DNA of 64,000 nucleotides from Eledone cirrhosa (Eukaryota): NCBI GenBank assembly GCA_964016885.1, contig OZ024742.1, positions 337,032,001 to 337,096,000 of the forward strand, read 5' to 3'. Shown piece by piece: positions 43,029 to 55,131 of this stretch (position 1 is its first letter; each line of letters starts with the position of its first letter). The notes under the pieces were generated by a model. It saw only the letters and a program-made list of their open reading frames with translations, ran no database searches and was not told where the DNA came from. The position numbers and the translations under genes were made by a program.

Positions 43029-45010
43029 TGCAGCAGGAGTTGCCTCCTTTGTTGTGACACTCACATCACCAATAGATTAACGCTCTCTAGATAGGAAGTA
43101 GAACCCTTTCTGTAACTTCCAGTCAGATCCTATAAAGGGAATAACCTTCAGCTCCCTCTCTCTCATTTGCCTTTCCGGCTCCTGGCCTTCGCCAGGCGTC
43201 TTCGGCCAGGCGCGTTCGCCTGGCAATCAAACGGTAACTAATAACTTTGCTTCATTCTTTCATCTATTCATTGACATGTCAACTATACTGTTCTATATAT
43301 CCACAAATTGTTTATTAAATATTATACACACAAACTATGTCTCCTTGTTATACTTATACAACCCAGTATTTTGTTATAAGTGGTGACCCCGATAAAAGAA
43401 AAAATAGCAGAATCTGGTGTTGTGTGAGTAACATTACGAATACACAGCAAATTTTATTGACAAACTATGAAAATACGCAGTCAAAGAAACGCACACACGC
43501 ACATGTGAAATTTTCGTTCAGACAGACTCTTTTTCCCTCACGCATCCACTAACTGTCGCAGTTCACTGTATATATATATATATATGTTTCTCGTTTCTTA
43601 CAACGAACACTTAAAAAAAAAAAAAAAAAAGAAATTTGATTTAAAAAAAAAAACAGTTCAACAGGAACATTTATTTTCGATGAATTTCAACTATTGCCTT
43701 TTTTTTTCATCGTTTTCTTCATCGTTCAAGTTTTTTTCAAAGTTCACACCAAAAGAAAAAAAATTGAACTCGCCATATTTGTTATACTAAGTGAAGCCTT
43801 TCTTTCTTTTTCAGTTGCACTATCATTTTCGCGCCATTTTCTCGCGCAATAGAAATATTTTTTTTCAACTTAACCTTGTTTTGGCACGTGTAGGCTGCAC
43901 AATTCTCGATTCACTGAGATAGCCACACGCCATGAGATAACGTTTCTCGCCAAGGATTCTCCAGCCTTAAGCTATATTCTCCTATTTGCCGGTTTAAAAA
44001 TTTACCACGTAAATTTGCCGTTGAAAACTGCGCATTTATTCAGAATGCTTATTTCTTTGGTCGCTGGCCTTTTGACCCTTCCAGGTCAACGCATTCTCAA
44101 CATCGACCATAAACTTCGGCTGTTATTTCTAGCACTTTGCGCAACTCATTTTTTCTAAAAAAAAATTTTTTTACTGTGAATTTAAACATCGAATACGCTC
44201 ACTCCGCGAGACAACAACATCAACAGCAACATAGCTTCATCAACAACCAAAACCAGCAGAACAAGCCAGAGAATTTATTTTTGCAGCACTCTTCCTGTGA
44301 GAAAATCCATTCGGAGGTTGGAAATTTCACGTTATACCACAGAACAGAAACCACCTGCATTCATTCTCTGGAACACACTTTCTTTCCTGCTGTCATGTGT
44401 TTTCACACCTGTGAACTGTATTTTGAACATTTGAACTTTGAGCTCTTCTCTTACTTTCATTACATTGTATCTTTGGGTGATGGATAGATAGATGCCCAGT
44501 CGTTCTCTGGCCAAGAGCGGTTGGCTACCTTGATATCTATCATTGATTTTTGCAAACATTTTTTTTTCGTAATTTTCATGCCTGTTACAACATTCTCGCC
44601 AACTTACTACATACATATTTCATTCGATTTTTATATTTTAAAAATCTGGCGGGGGATCATGTAGCAGGAGTTGCCTCCCTTGTTGTGACACTCACATCAC
44701 CAATAGATTAACGCTCTCTAGATAGGAAGTAGAACCCTTTCTGTAACTTCCGGTCAGATCATATAAGGGGAATAACCTTCAGCTCCCTCTCTCTCATTTG
44801 CCTTTCCGGCTCCTGGCCTTCGCCAGGCGTCTTCGGCCAGGCGCGTTCGCCTGGCAATCAAACGGTCACTAATAACTTTGCTTCATTCTTTCATCTATTC
44901 ATTGACATGTCAACTATACTGTTCTATATATCCACAAATTGTTTATTAAATATTATACACACAAACCACGTCTCCTGTTATACTTATACAACCCAGTATT
45001 TTGTTATGCA
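43029..45010 (+). mobile_element. Non-autonomous LTR retroelement (TRIM/LARD-like): LTRs 43029-43378 and 44660-45010
   Basis: ~350-bp near-identical direct repeats starting TG; PBS TGGTGACCCCGA at 43381 (tRNA-Trp type); purine tract GGCGGGGGA before the 3' LTR; imperfect TSD GGGTG/GAGTG. Confidence 0.85.
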
Positions 45011-45295
45011 GAGTGTTGCGTGTATAATAAGAGGTAATTGTTGCTTTTGGTTCCCTCATTAATCCGTTCGAAAGTTCCACAGTAAATTTCAATCACCGTT
45101 AGGTGTGTCTACCAGTTGTGGAATATCGGGGTATAGTCTGCCTTACTTCATCAGATTGGATTGTATCAAAAAGCGCTCAACATGGGGAGCTAAATATATT
45201 CGGTATATAAGGATGCAATTCACTTCTAGCACTCAACGTCATATTACTTCCCAAAACAAGGATGGCGGAGTATATTAATAAAGAGAAAAATGCAA

Positions 45296-45606
45296 AGTTG
45301 AAGATGTTAGTGTCTTTTATTAATTGAACCGTTATACATATTTCAATGACGATCGATATCGCGATTTCTTCAGACAGCAAAAAAATAGATTAAAAAGTAA
45401 CATTTCCGAGGCAATTTTGGGTGGAAGGGAGCGGACTAATAAAAAATGCGTTTTTGCTTGGAGCGCCCGCTCCCTTCTAATTTTCAGAACATCCCGACAG
45501 CCTTGCTTAGTCACAGGGGTGTGGGTGGCTGACCACTTGACTACAACCTAGAATACCACCAACCTTATGTGTTCTCTTTATTTACCAGTCCCTGCCTCGG
45601 CCGACG
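45296..45606 (-). mobile_element. Second copy of the Penelope-like pseudo-LTR (hammerhead motif 45328-45378)
   Basis: Near-identical to 39478-39790. Confidence 0.6.
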
Positions 45607-45610
45607 CCCC

Positions 45611-45656
<46 letters not shown>

Positions 45657-45743
45657 GTATATATATATTTATATATATGTGTATATATATGTTTTTATTT
45701 TTGTATATATATCTACACATACACACTCACCATATATATATAA

Positions 45744-45795
<52 letters not shown>

Positions 45796-45879
45796 ATAGA
45801 TATATATACATAAATAAAAACAAATCAAAATACATATACATACACATAAAGAAAATACATATATAATAAATAATAATAA

Positions 45880-45993
45880 TAATTGTTTCTACTTTTTGGG
45901 ACAAGGCCACCAATTATTCAGCGCATTACTGGTACCTCATTTTATCGACCCCGTAAGGATGAAAGGCAAAGTTAACCTCGGCGGGATTTGAAC
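45880..45993 (-). mobile_element. SINE 3' half
   Basis: Reverse complement of 39248-39362. Confidence 0.7.
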
Positions 45994-45994
45994 T

Positions 45995-48862
45995 AATAAT
46001 AATAATAATAATAATTATGAAATTACTGTGTAAAGTGCTCAGGTGCACTACAACTCGTCAAAGGTGCATGTATAGTACATAGAATAATATACAAATGTCA
46101 GGGAAGTGAATAGTTTATGAGTCATGATATACATGGGTGTATGTGTATGGAAGGTGAACATTAGGTGTAGTGTTGGCGAATCTCGGGAAGTATAGAGGTT
46201 TTAAAGGATGCAGAGTCTCGACAGCTAATAACTGATGCAGGTAGTTTGTTCCATGGAGGTTATAAAGGATGCAGTGTCTCGGCAGCTAACAACTGATGCA
46301 GGTAGTTTGTTCCATGCTTCAGCAACTCTGAGCGTGAAAAAATGTTTCCGAAAGTCATGGGAACTGTGCTGTTTTCTAACTTTGTGGGCATGCCCACGCG
46401 TGTTAGACACATGGAAATCAAAAAGGTGTTCAGGGTTGTTGTTGGCAAGATGGTTAACAATTTTGTGGGTGTTTACCAAGTCAGTTGCCAGGCGTCGGAG
46501 CTTCAATGTATCCATGCCCAGGGAAGCAAGGCGTTCAGAGTATTGTAGATGCCTGATGGAGGGTATTCGCTTGGTTGCGCGTCTCTGAACAGTTTCCAGG
46601 CGGTCAATGTTCTGAGCAAGATAGGGGTTCCAGACTGGTGTTGCAAATTCTAAGTGTGGCCGCACCATAGCCATGTACAGCCTTAAATAGATAGCTGGAG
46701 AACGACTGACAAAGGTCTTGCTGAGTGATGCCAAGACACCCTCGGCCTTTTTGACAATTTTAGAGATGTGCTTTGTCCAATGCAAATCGCTGCTGACAGT
46801 AATGCCCAAGTCACGTTCACAAGAAGACTTCTTGATATTAGTGTTGTGGAGGGAGTATGTGGACGCTGGGTTTTTACTCCCAAAATGCATGGTGGTGCAC
46901 TTGTCCACAGCCAGCTTGAGTTGCCAGTCTGTGATCCATTGTTGCATTGTGTCCAGGTTAGATTGCAGGCAAGATCTATAGTGTTCAGGATCTGTCCTTT
47001 TTATCTCAAGGTACAGCTTGATGTCATCTGCATATTTCAGTACTGTGGCATTCTTTAAGTTGGCATCTATGTCATTAATATATGACACAAACAAAAGGCG
47101 GCCAAGAACATATCCATGTGGTACACCAGATGACATCTCATATGGTGAGGAATGCTGTCCTAGAACCGTGACTACCTCTCTTCGACTGAGAATGAAGGAC
47201 TTCAACCAGTTAAAAAGATCATCCTTCACACCTATTGCAGAGAGTTTTGCCATAAGCCTTTTGTGTGGCACAGAATTGAAAGCTTTAGCAAAGTCAAGGT
47301 AAACAACATCCACCCATGAGCCGCCATCTTTGATCCGGGTGATGTCTTCAAGAAACTCGATAAGTTGATCACAGCAGCTGGAATTAGGGATAAATCCAAA
47401 TTGCGAGGGCCGGATAAGACTGTGAGAGTTTCAGAAGTTCCAAAGCGTTTCTCTGACACAGGATTCCATCAGTTTGGCAATGCAACTAGTAAGAATGACT
47501 GGGCGATAATTCACAGGTGACGTGCGGTCACCCTTCTTCAACAGAGGAATGACCGTCATCAAGACCAGGAGAAGCATGGTTGCTTTTATTTTTAAGGTGA
47601 CGTCGCAGCATTGAAGGTGTAAATTCCATAGTTGTAATAGAATCCGATGTCAGAGGTGGTGGAGACGGTACACTCTGGTCTTCAATAGTGAAATTGCCTG
47701 CATAGCATTCAGCAATGAGCTCTGCGCATTCCTTGGGGTCGTCAGTAAACTGGCTTGTGTGGGGATTGCGAAGAGGACCAACTGGAGAGTGAGGCCTCTG
47801 CTTTGAGTGAACATACTTCCAGAACACCTTACTGTCAGGGATGGTTGCTATGCGCTGCTCACATTGAATCATTGCCTTTTTTTGTCACCTGTTTGAGATG
47901 GTTGGATGATTTATTTCGCTTCTTCCTATTGATATCTGATTTATGCAGTTTGTACTCACGTTCAGCATTACGACGTTCTTTTCTGGCAAGACGGACTGCT
48001 GAAGTCTCCCAAATTGCACGTTTGGGATGTTTTTCTGCTTACGTGGCACCGATGCTGCATATGCTGTCCATATTGAGCTTAGGTTGTTATGGAGTACAGT
48101 GTTGACATCTCCAGAGTCGTAGAACTCAAGCCAGTTTGGACGTTGCAACTCGGTGCAGTTACAGTTCCAGTCTGCTTTATTACAGTCAAAGTGAGCAGTT
48201 TGGAGATGGTTGTGGTTCTTGTTACTGCCCACGAGGGATAGATTAGCAATGACCATAGTATGATCTGAGTCAGCTAAAGGTTCCTCAGTAGTAACACTAA
48301 TGACCGTTTCAGGAGTAGTGGTGAAGAGTATGTCCAACGTGTTGTCATCTCTTGTTGGGGAGGTGACTACTTGGGACCAGTTCGAGTCCAGCACTAGCTC
48401 AAGGGAGTCATTTGCACTTGGCGGCCAACGAAAGGTTTCCCAGTCAATCTCAGCGTGATTGAAGTCCCCTGCAATAAAAACATAAGTGGCTATTTTCCTG
48501 GTAGCAACTCTGAGGATATCACAAAGCTAAGTGTTCTAATGGTAATTTGGGGGACGGTAAACGATTCCAAGTAGTAGTGTTGACATGGTCATACGTATAT
48601 CGCAGAAAAAAACTTCCTGCTGCGTTTGGTTCAAATCAACACAAGGAATTGAGGAAAGATTTGACAGAACGTAGACCATTACACCACCACGACGACGATT
48701 AATGCGGTCTTTACGAAACAAGTTGTAACCAGTTATGCTGAAAACCCCATCACAGAGTAAGGAATGTGCCCATGTTTCCGTGCCTGTAATGAAGTCAGGG
48801 TTGATACTTTTGACGTAGGAGTCAAAAAGATGAATCTTATTGCATAGACTACGTGCATTCAT
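45995..48862 (-). pseudogene. CR1/L2-type LINE ORF2 (APE endonuclease + RT), frameshifted, with 3' UTR and (TTA)n tail
   Basis: NARSLCNK, TETW, GGGV, YRPP, LDI; YLDFAKAFNSVPH, SGVP.G..LG, YADD, RDLG, RPHLEF..PVWNP. Confidence 0.9.
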
Positions 48863-48869
48863 GCATGGA

Positions 48870-51550
48870 GATGCAGAAACTGTCTCTTCCCCTCGTCTGT
48901 CCAGCCACGGCCGTCTGGCACTCCACCAGATGAGACAGCGAGCTTGCCTGATGCCCAAGCCTCGCTGATCAACATCGCTCGGCTCAGGAGGCTGCGGAAG
49001 ATTCCGCTCAGGATCCCGAGAGCGGCCTGGGTGCCGGTAGCCGATGCCCTCGCTTCCTCGATCGAAAGTGCTCTGGACTTCAATCGAGCGTGCGACTGGG
49101 AGCTCCTCTTCTATTTCGCCCCACTCGCCCTTGGCCTCCCCAGCTCTGGCGCTGACCAAGGCGACCGGTCGACAGCAGCCTTTGCCAAGGTCAATGTTTC
49201 GTCCTTTGGGCAAGCGCCCATTCCAAGAGTGCCGAAGGACGCCATTATCCCTGCTCCAGGGTGCCTCCACCCCCGAGGCTAGCGCCAAGCGTTTAAGTGA
49301 CCGCGTAAAAGCTAAACTTATCATGAGTGATGTCAAGGCTGCAGTCAGAATGGTTGCCTCAGAGGACACTGTCCTCCAACCCACCGAGGAGGTCCTTGCT
49401 GCCCTGCGACTCAAGCACCCTGAGCCACCTGCTGACATCCAACCCCTACCCCTACCCTATCCCCACATGCACCTTGTGGCTTCCGGAGTAGATATCATGT
49501 CTGCCATCAAGTCCTTCCCAGCTAGCAGCAGCGGCGTTGCTGATGGTCTCCGTCCAGACCACCTCAAAGAGTTGCTATCCTCCTTCTCCGCTGAGGCCGG
49601 GTGCCGCCTTCTGAGTGCTAGTGTGGCACTTACAAATAGGCTTATCCATGGCGCCCTGGATCCTTACGCCCGAGGTCTCTTTTTTTCGGCTAGCCTGACC
49701 GCTCTCAAGAAGAAAGAGTTCAGTTCGGTGCAACTGGGTGTCGGCGTGTCCGGTGGCTGTGAGGGGGCCGCACATGCAACCAGGCAGTTCTTCAATAGCT
49801 GCCCACCGGAACCGACATCCAGGGACTCCGGGCACATCATTGTCAAGCTTGACATGGGGAATGCCTTTAACTGCATACGCCGGGACCATCTGCTTAATGC
49901 CTGCCTCAGCCGAGCCCCTGCTGCCTTCCCGCTGGCCTACTTGTCATATGGAGCCCCGAGCATGTTCCTTGCTGCTGATACGGTCATACCTTCGGCCAGT
50001 GGGGTCAAACAGGATGACCCTCTGGGTCTCCTCCTGTTTGCTCCATTGCCCGTAGCATCACGGCTCCTCTCAACGTTTGGTACCTGGATGATGCTACGCT
50101 GGGCGGGCACATGGAAATTGTTTGCCATGACCTTCAATCGGTGGTTTCCGCCCTGGCGGGAATCGGACTCCAGATCAACTCGTCTAAGTCGGAGGTGGTC
50201 AATGTCAGCTGTGATGCTGAGAGCTTTGCGGTCTCCGTCTTGGACGTGCGGTCCATCCTCCACCAGGTACAGGTGACCCCCAAAGAGGATGTCCTCATCA
50301 TCGGGTCACCGATCCACTCGCCGGCCATCCGCTCCACCATCAGGCCTAGGCCCCAACAACTCCCCGACCCTCACGAGCCGACTGGGCTTGATTGACGGCC
50401 ACCCAGCTCTCTTCCTGATGAGGAACTGCTTCGCCATGCTGAAGCTCCTCTACACCCATCGCAGCGCTCCGTGGTACAACCACGCATCTCTCCTCGCTGA
50501 CCTCGATACTTTGTATCCGAGCGGCTGCTGAAGAGATATGCAGCGTCAGGTTTGACGACTTTGGATGGCAACAGGCCACTTTACTTGTCAGATTTTGCGG
50601 CCTTGGCTTCCGGTCCCTGATCTCGCTGGCTTTGCCGGCGTTTCTTTCATCGGTAACCTCATGCCGCGTCCTCGTGAGTAGGGTTCTCCAAAACACAATA
50701 GAACCCTCTGTGTTCAGGGAACGTGAGGTCGCCTGTGAGACGTGGCACAGGCTGGGGGGACTTAGCCCGGGAGACGTCCCTCCTCCTTCTCCCCCTGCTG
50801 ACGTCAAGTACCCCCAAAGCGTATGGGATGTCATCTAGTGCAGCCTGGCCTCAGACACGCTCATGCGCCAGCTCTACCAGCAACTACCTTGCCTGTTTTC
50901 GCGCGGCCTCCAAACCCCACAGTGGTACCTGGCTCCATGCCTTGCCCTCCTTCTCCACTGGCACGCAGCTGGATACGATAGTCTGCGCATCGGCGTTTCC
51001 TTGAGGCTTGGACTCAAATGTCACTGTGGATTCACCGTGGACTCTTTCCGACTCCACCCGCTTTCCTGTCGCCACAGTGCCGGCCGCCTTCCACGCCATG
51101 CTACCCTCAACGAGGTCATTAAGCATAGCTTGGACGCTGCAGGCTTCCCCCACCCAGCTCGAGCCGGTGGGGCTGGACTGAGGGGATGGCAAAAGGCCAG
51201 ACGGTATGACCATCTTCCCGTTCCGCGGTGGAAAACCCCTCGTTTGGGATGCCACTTGCAACGACACTTTCTCCAGCCGCAACTTGGTGCAGTCTGCGAC
51301 TAACCCAGGTACTGCTGCAAGTCGTGCTGAAGAAGGCAAACTCTCCAAGTACCGACAGGTTCGCGGTCGTGCCCTTGGCAGTGGAGACTTCTGGTGTCCT
51401 TGGCCCTACAGTTACCTCCCTATTCACCACCAAATAGCGCGGAGCTATCCAGCCGCAGGTGTGAGCCTCGCGAGTTGGAATGGCTCTTCCAGCGCATCTC
51501 CCTTACCATCCTCCGAGGAAACCGCCTTCTCCATCCTGTCTGCCGGGGCT
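48870..51550 (+). pseudogene. CRE-clade non-LTR retrotransposon (RT + zinc knuckle + restriction-like endonuclease), degraded
   Basis: GVADGLRPDHLK, QLGVGVSGGCE, KLDMGNAFN, GVKQDDPLG, YLDD (shifted frame), CHC..H...C, RH..LN, DGKRPDG, LVWDAT. Confidence 0.8.
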
Positions 51551-51883
51551 GTGGGGAGGCCAGCACCTGGGACCCCATTTGCTTACCATACGGATTAATA
51601 GGCAAAGTCCATATTATTATAAAACGAATCGTTATTTATGAAACCATTATTATTTCCTTATTTGTTGTTGAGATAAAGACTTTCTAGGAAACCAAATAGA
51701 AAAGTGAAAGTTTTCCTTGAAACATGGGAGATAACTCAGAGATAACATCATTATTTCTCATTTTAAAACGGAGAATTAATAGCGTACAGAATAATATATC
51801 AACAAAGTATAATTGTCAGAAGTAATTACACTCTGTTTATCACTTAGACAAAAAAAAAAACACAATAATAAAACGTACTTTAT

Positions 51884-51975
<92 letters not shown>

Positions 51976-52106
51976 TCATCTACCGTGTTTCACGGAAAAA
52001 AAGCTATTTACTTTCATATTGGTTTCTTCTTCAGTCTGTACAGACTTTGCCACACCTACTGTACTAAATCTCGCACCATAATTATTTCTCATTTAATACT
52101 TACACC

Positions 52107-52625
52107 ATGCACATCATCGAACTGTCTCCGACTAATATCCGCTTTAGTCAAGATTCTATCGCAAAATGTTTCAAAGATGGGAGAAAGCTGCAAAATGTTA
52201 TTTTGGATATAATTAATGGGAAAATCACACCCGACTCCATTCCCAAGATCGAAGTTTTCTCAAGATATGGAAAATACTACAGTTTAGACAATAGGAGACT
52301 TTATGTATTCAAAGCGGTTCAACAACGGTCTAAGCCGGACATGAAGATTAAGGTGAAATTAACTACAAAATCTAACGAAAGAAAATTTACGACAAAAAAT
52401 GATGGTGAAAGTATATATGTAAGAGGTCAAACACAAGAAGAGCCTAGGCTCGAAGCCTTCAAAGGAAGAATATATACGGACTCACCGCAAATGGTGGCTC
52501 AATCGGCCTCAATATTTGACGAATCAGATTTTACATTAATAACTTTCCCTGTGTCTGATATAAATCCGATAGAATTTATAGAATCGCCTTTAATAACACC
52601 GGCGGTATTTATAGACTTGCCTTAA
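52107..52625 (+). CDS. 172-aa protein with ParB/sulfiredoxin-like domain (aa ~4-107) and acidic tail, copy 1
   Basis: Intact ORF with ACCATG start; motifs IRFSQDSI, IPKIEV, YSLDNRRL, FTTxNxG; candidate splice acceptor TTTCTTCTTCAG at ~52034. Confidence 0.75.
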   Translation: MHIIELSPTNIRFSQDSIAKCFKDGRKLQNVILDIINGKITPDSIPKIEVFSRYGKYYSLDNRRLYVFKAVQQRSKPDMKIKVKLTTKSNERKFTTKNDGESIYVRGQTQEEPRLEAFKGRIYTDSPQMVAQSASIFDESDFTLITFPVSDINPIEFIESPLITPAVFIDLP

Positions 52626-52894
52626 ACAAACCAGAAGGAAATTTTGGTCGAAAAATTTGCTTCAACTGAGGATTTTTTTACAGGTATATCTATCAATGAT
52701 TGTATTAAGTTTTAAATATATAGGTAAATAACATTACAAATTGCCCACAATTCTTTCAGAATTGTTACTGTATTTATTCAAACATTCGTCCCATAATCTT
52801 ATTTCCTGTTTCTATAATCTTATTTGGTGTTTTTTTTTAAAAACCCAAAGATTTCGATTTTATTCAATGTTTTAGAACTCCTTCATTTAGACAC

Positions 52895-52925
<31 letters not shown>

Positions 52926-53080
52926 TGCACGCAACAGTAATAGGAATATATAGGAATTAAAACCTGAATATTTACTAATATAGATACATATGTTTATACG
53001 TACATCTATCCATCTATACATACATACATGCACACGCACACGCACACTACATACACATACATTCATACATTTATAGATAG

Positions 53081-53113
<33 letters not shown>

Positions 53114-53115
<2 letters not shown>

Positions 53116-53561
53116 GGCATACGTTAAGACGGGCGTTGCGGAAAGTGAAAGTAAAATTTTTGACAACAATGTGAATTTTTTTTTTTTTTTTTTTTTACAA
53201 TGAAAGTTACGATACACACGCAATTGTATGGATTTCTTAATATATATATATGTGTAGGTGTGTACACTGTGAATTTGTTTGTTTATTTACAACAGGTCTC
53301 TATATTGATATGGTGTTAATTAGTATTGCGTGTGTGATTATTTTTTCTTTAGATAGACGTTAAACGATGATGATGACACAAACACATATATATATACATA
53401 CATACACACATATATATACACACCCACACATATATATATATTAAGAAATCCATACAATTGCGTGTGTATCGTAACTTTCATTGTAAAAAAACAAACAAAC
53501 AAATTCACATTGTTGTCAAAAAATTTACTTTCACTTTCCGCAACGCCCGTCTTAACGTATG

Positions 53562-53565
<4 letters not shown>
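53114..53565. repeat. ~150-bp-arm inverted repeat flanked by (TA)n; copy at 61771-62215
   Basis: 53114-53264 is the reverse complement of 53417-53565. Confidence 0.85.
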
Positions 53566-53612
<47 letters not shown>

Positions 53613-53689
53613 GTACATACATATATGCATGTACATACATTCTGGAGAAAAATAGGATGTGAGGAAAAGAAGGCGGTGGCTGTGGCGGC

Positions 53690-54150
53690 AGTGTAATTAG
53701 AAGCTCAAATGAAGTATTGTTCTCGAGTTACACCAAAAACATGCAACCTCAATATGGATACACTGGAGACTGACAGAAAATCTTAGGGTAAGAAAGCACC
53801 AGGAAGAGACTTGGTTGTTGGTTACAAGCCCTTAACGGAGATATAGATACACCAAGCTTGTTGGAGTTTGCAGATACAAAATTGGTCCTAACCACATCTC
53901 CCCCAAAACTCACTTGGCAAAAGACTACTAACTGATTGCATGCCAGAATTGTATCTATAAAATGTATACAGCCTGTCTGAACCGATTCCTCCTGGAATAC
54001 TGTGACAATAACAATATCATCACAGATGAACAAGCAGTTGGAAAGAAAGGGATTTGGGGATGTGTTGAGTAGCTCCTGATTAACAAAACTGTGATGTTAG
54101 AAGTGTGGCGACATACGAGAAACTTGCTAACCGTCTTGCTGGATTACACA
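53690..54150 (+). pseudogene. R4/Dong-like non-LTR RT fragment; copy at ~62345-62805
   Basis: EQAVGKKGIWGCVE*LLINKTVM...RNL....LDY resembles R4/Dong RT motifs. Confidence 0.55.
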
Positions 54151-54829
54151 CATGAATACATACGTAATACATACACACACATACATAAATATATACATAT
54201 AGCGAAAGAAATGTTTTTTGCACGGTGTTTTCTTTTCCATTGCGGACACGGCTACCTTTTACCTCGCAGGGAAAGCAATAGATAAGATTGCCCGATGGAA
54301 GGATTCACGGCGCCAGGTGTATGAAGAACATTTTCTACAGCCATCTGTTATTTATCAGTAAAATAACTAGCAGTCACTATAAATAGGCTGTCGTGTGACC
54401 TTAACATCATTCACTCCACTGCCTTTTCGCCTGTACAATACAGCCTGTATATATAACGGTTTACTGCTACATTCACTTAGGGTCACTCTGGCCACCACAA
54501 CTTGTCACTTTTCTTTTAAGGTAAAAAAACCCATGATAAATAAAAGATTCATGCACAACACTGAAGCTTTACCGAACACTATATTTATTTGTGAACACTA
54601 TAATCAAACATATTTACGATTCGAAGTAATCATATTTTTTTTCTTTTTGTTGAATTGAAGTAAAGATAATATATTAAACCAGAATTGTTGGTATTTGTTG
54701 TGTTCGTAATTTCTCCTCTACCCCACCTCCTCCTCTCCATGTAAAATTTGTCCAGTGATTCTTTCCTGAGACATTTTAACCACATGCCCATAATATTGGA
54801 GCTGTGATCTCTCAATTCGGAGAAGTAGC

Positions 54830-55131
54830 AACTCTACCTGGAGTGACTCTCTGATCTCCGAGTAACGTTACTCCAAAGACTCTTTGGGAGAATCCCATTT
54901 CAGCTGCTTGTATTCGCGATCGTATTCTTTCGGTCATTACCCAAGATTCATGACCATAGGTAAATGTTGGCACTAATACAATATTGAAGATAGCGAGTTT
55001 GGCTATCTCCCTTCTGATTACTGAATGCTGGCCCATTACTGCACTAACTCCTGCAATTCTGGCACGTAATTCAGCCTCCTGCCTTCCATCACTTGTGAAT
55101 GTGGCCCCGAGATACTTTAACTTCTCTACCT
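54830..55131 (-). pseudogene. RTE (Rex3/Expander-like) RT C-terminal fragment; copy at ~63485-63785
   Basis: KYLGATFTSDGR, TYGHESWVMTERIRSRIQAAEM. Confidence 0.8.

Noticed and set aside
48536-51605. Many overlapping ORFs on both strands as separate genes
   Set aside because: GC-rich, frameshifted retroelement; alternative frames are shadows
52107-52625. Bacterial contamination as the source of the ParB-like ORF
   Set aside because: Embedded among eukaryotic LINEs and microsatellites, with Kozak-like start and candidate splice acceptor; no operon context
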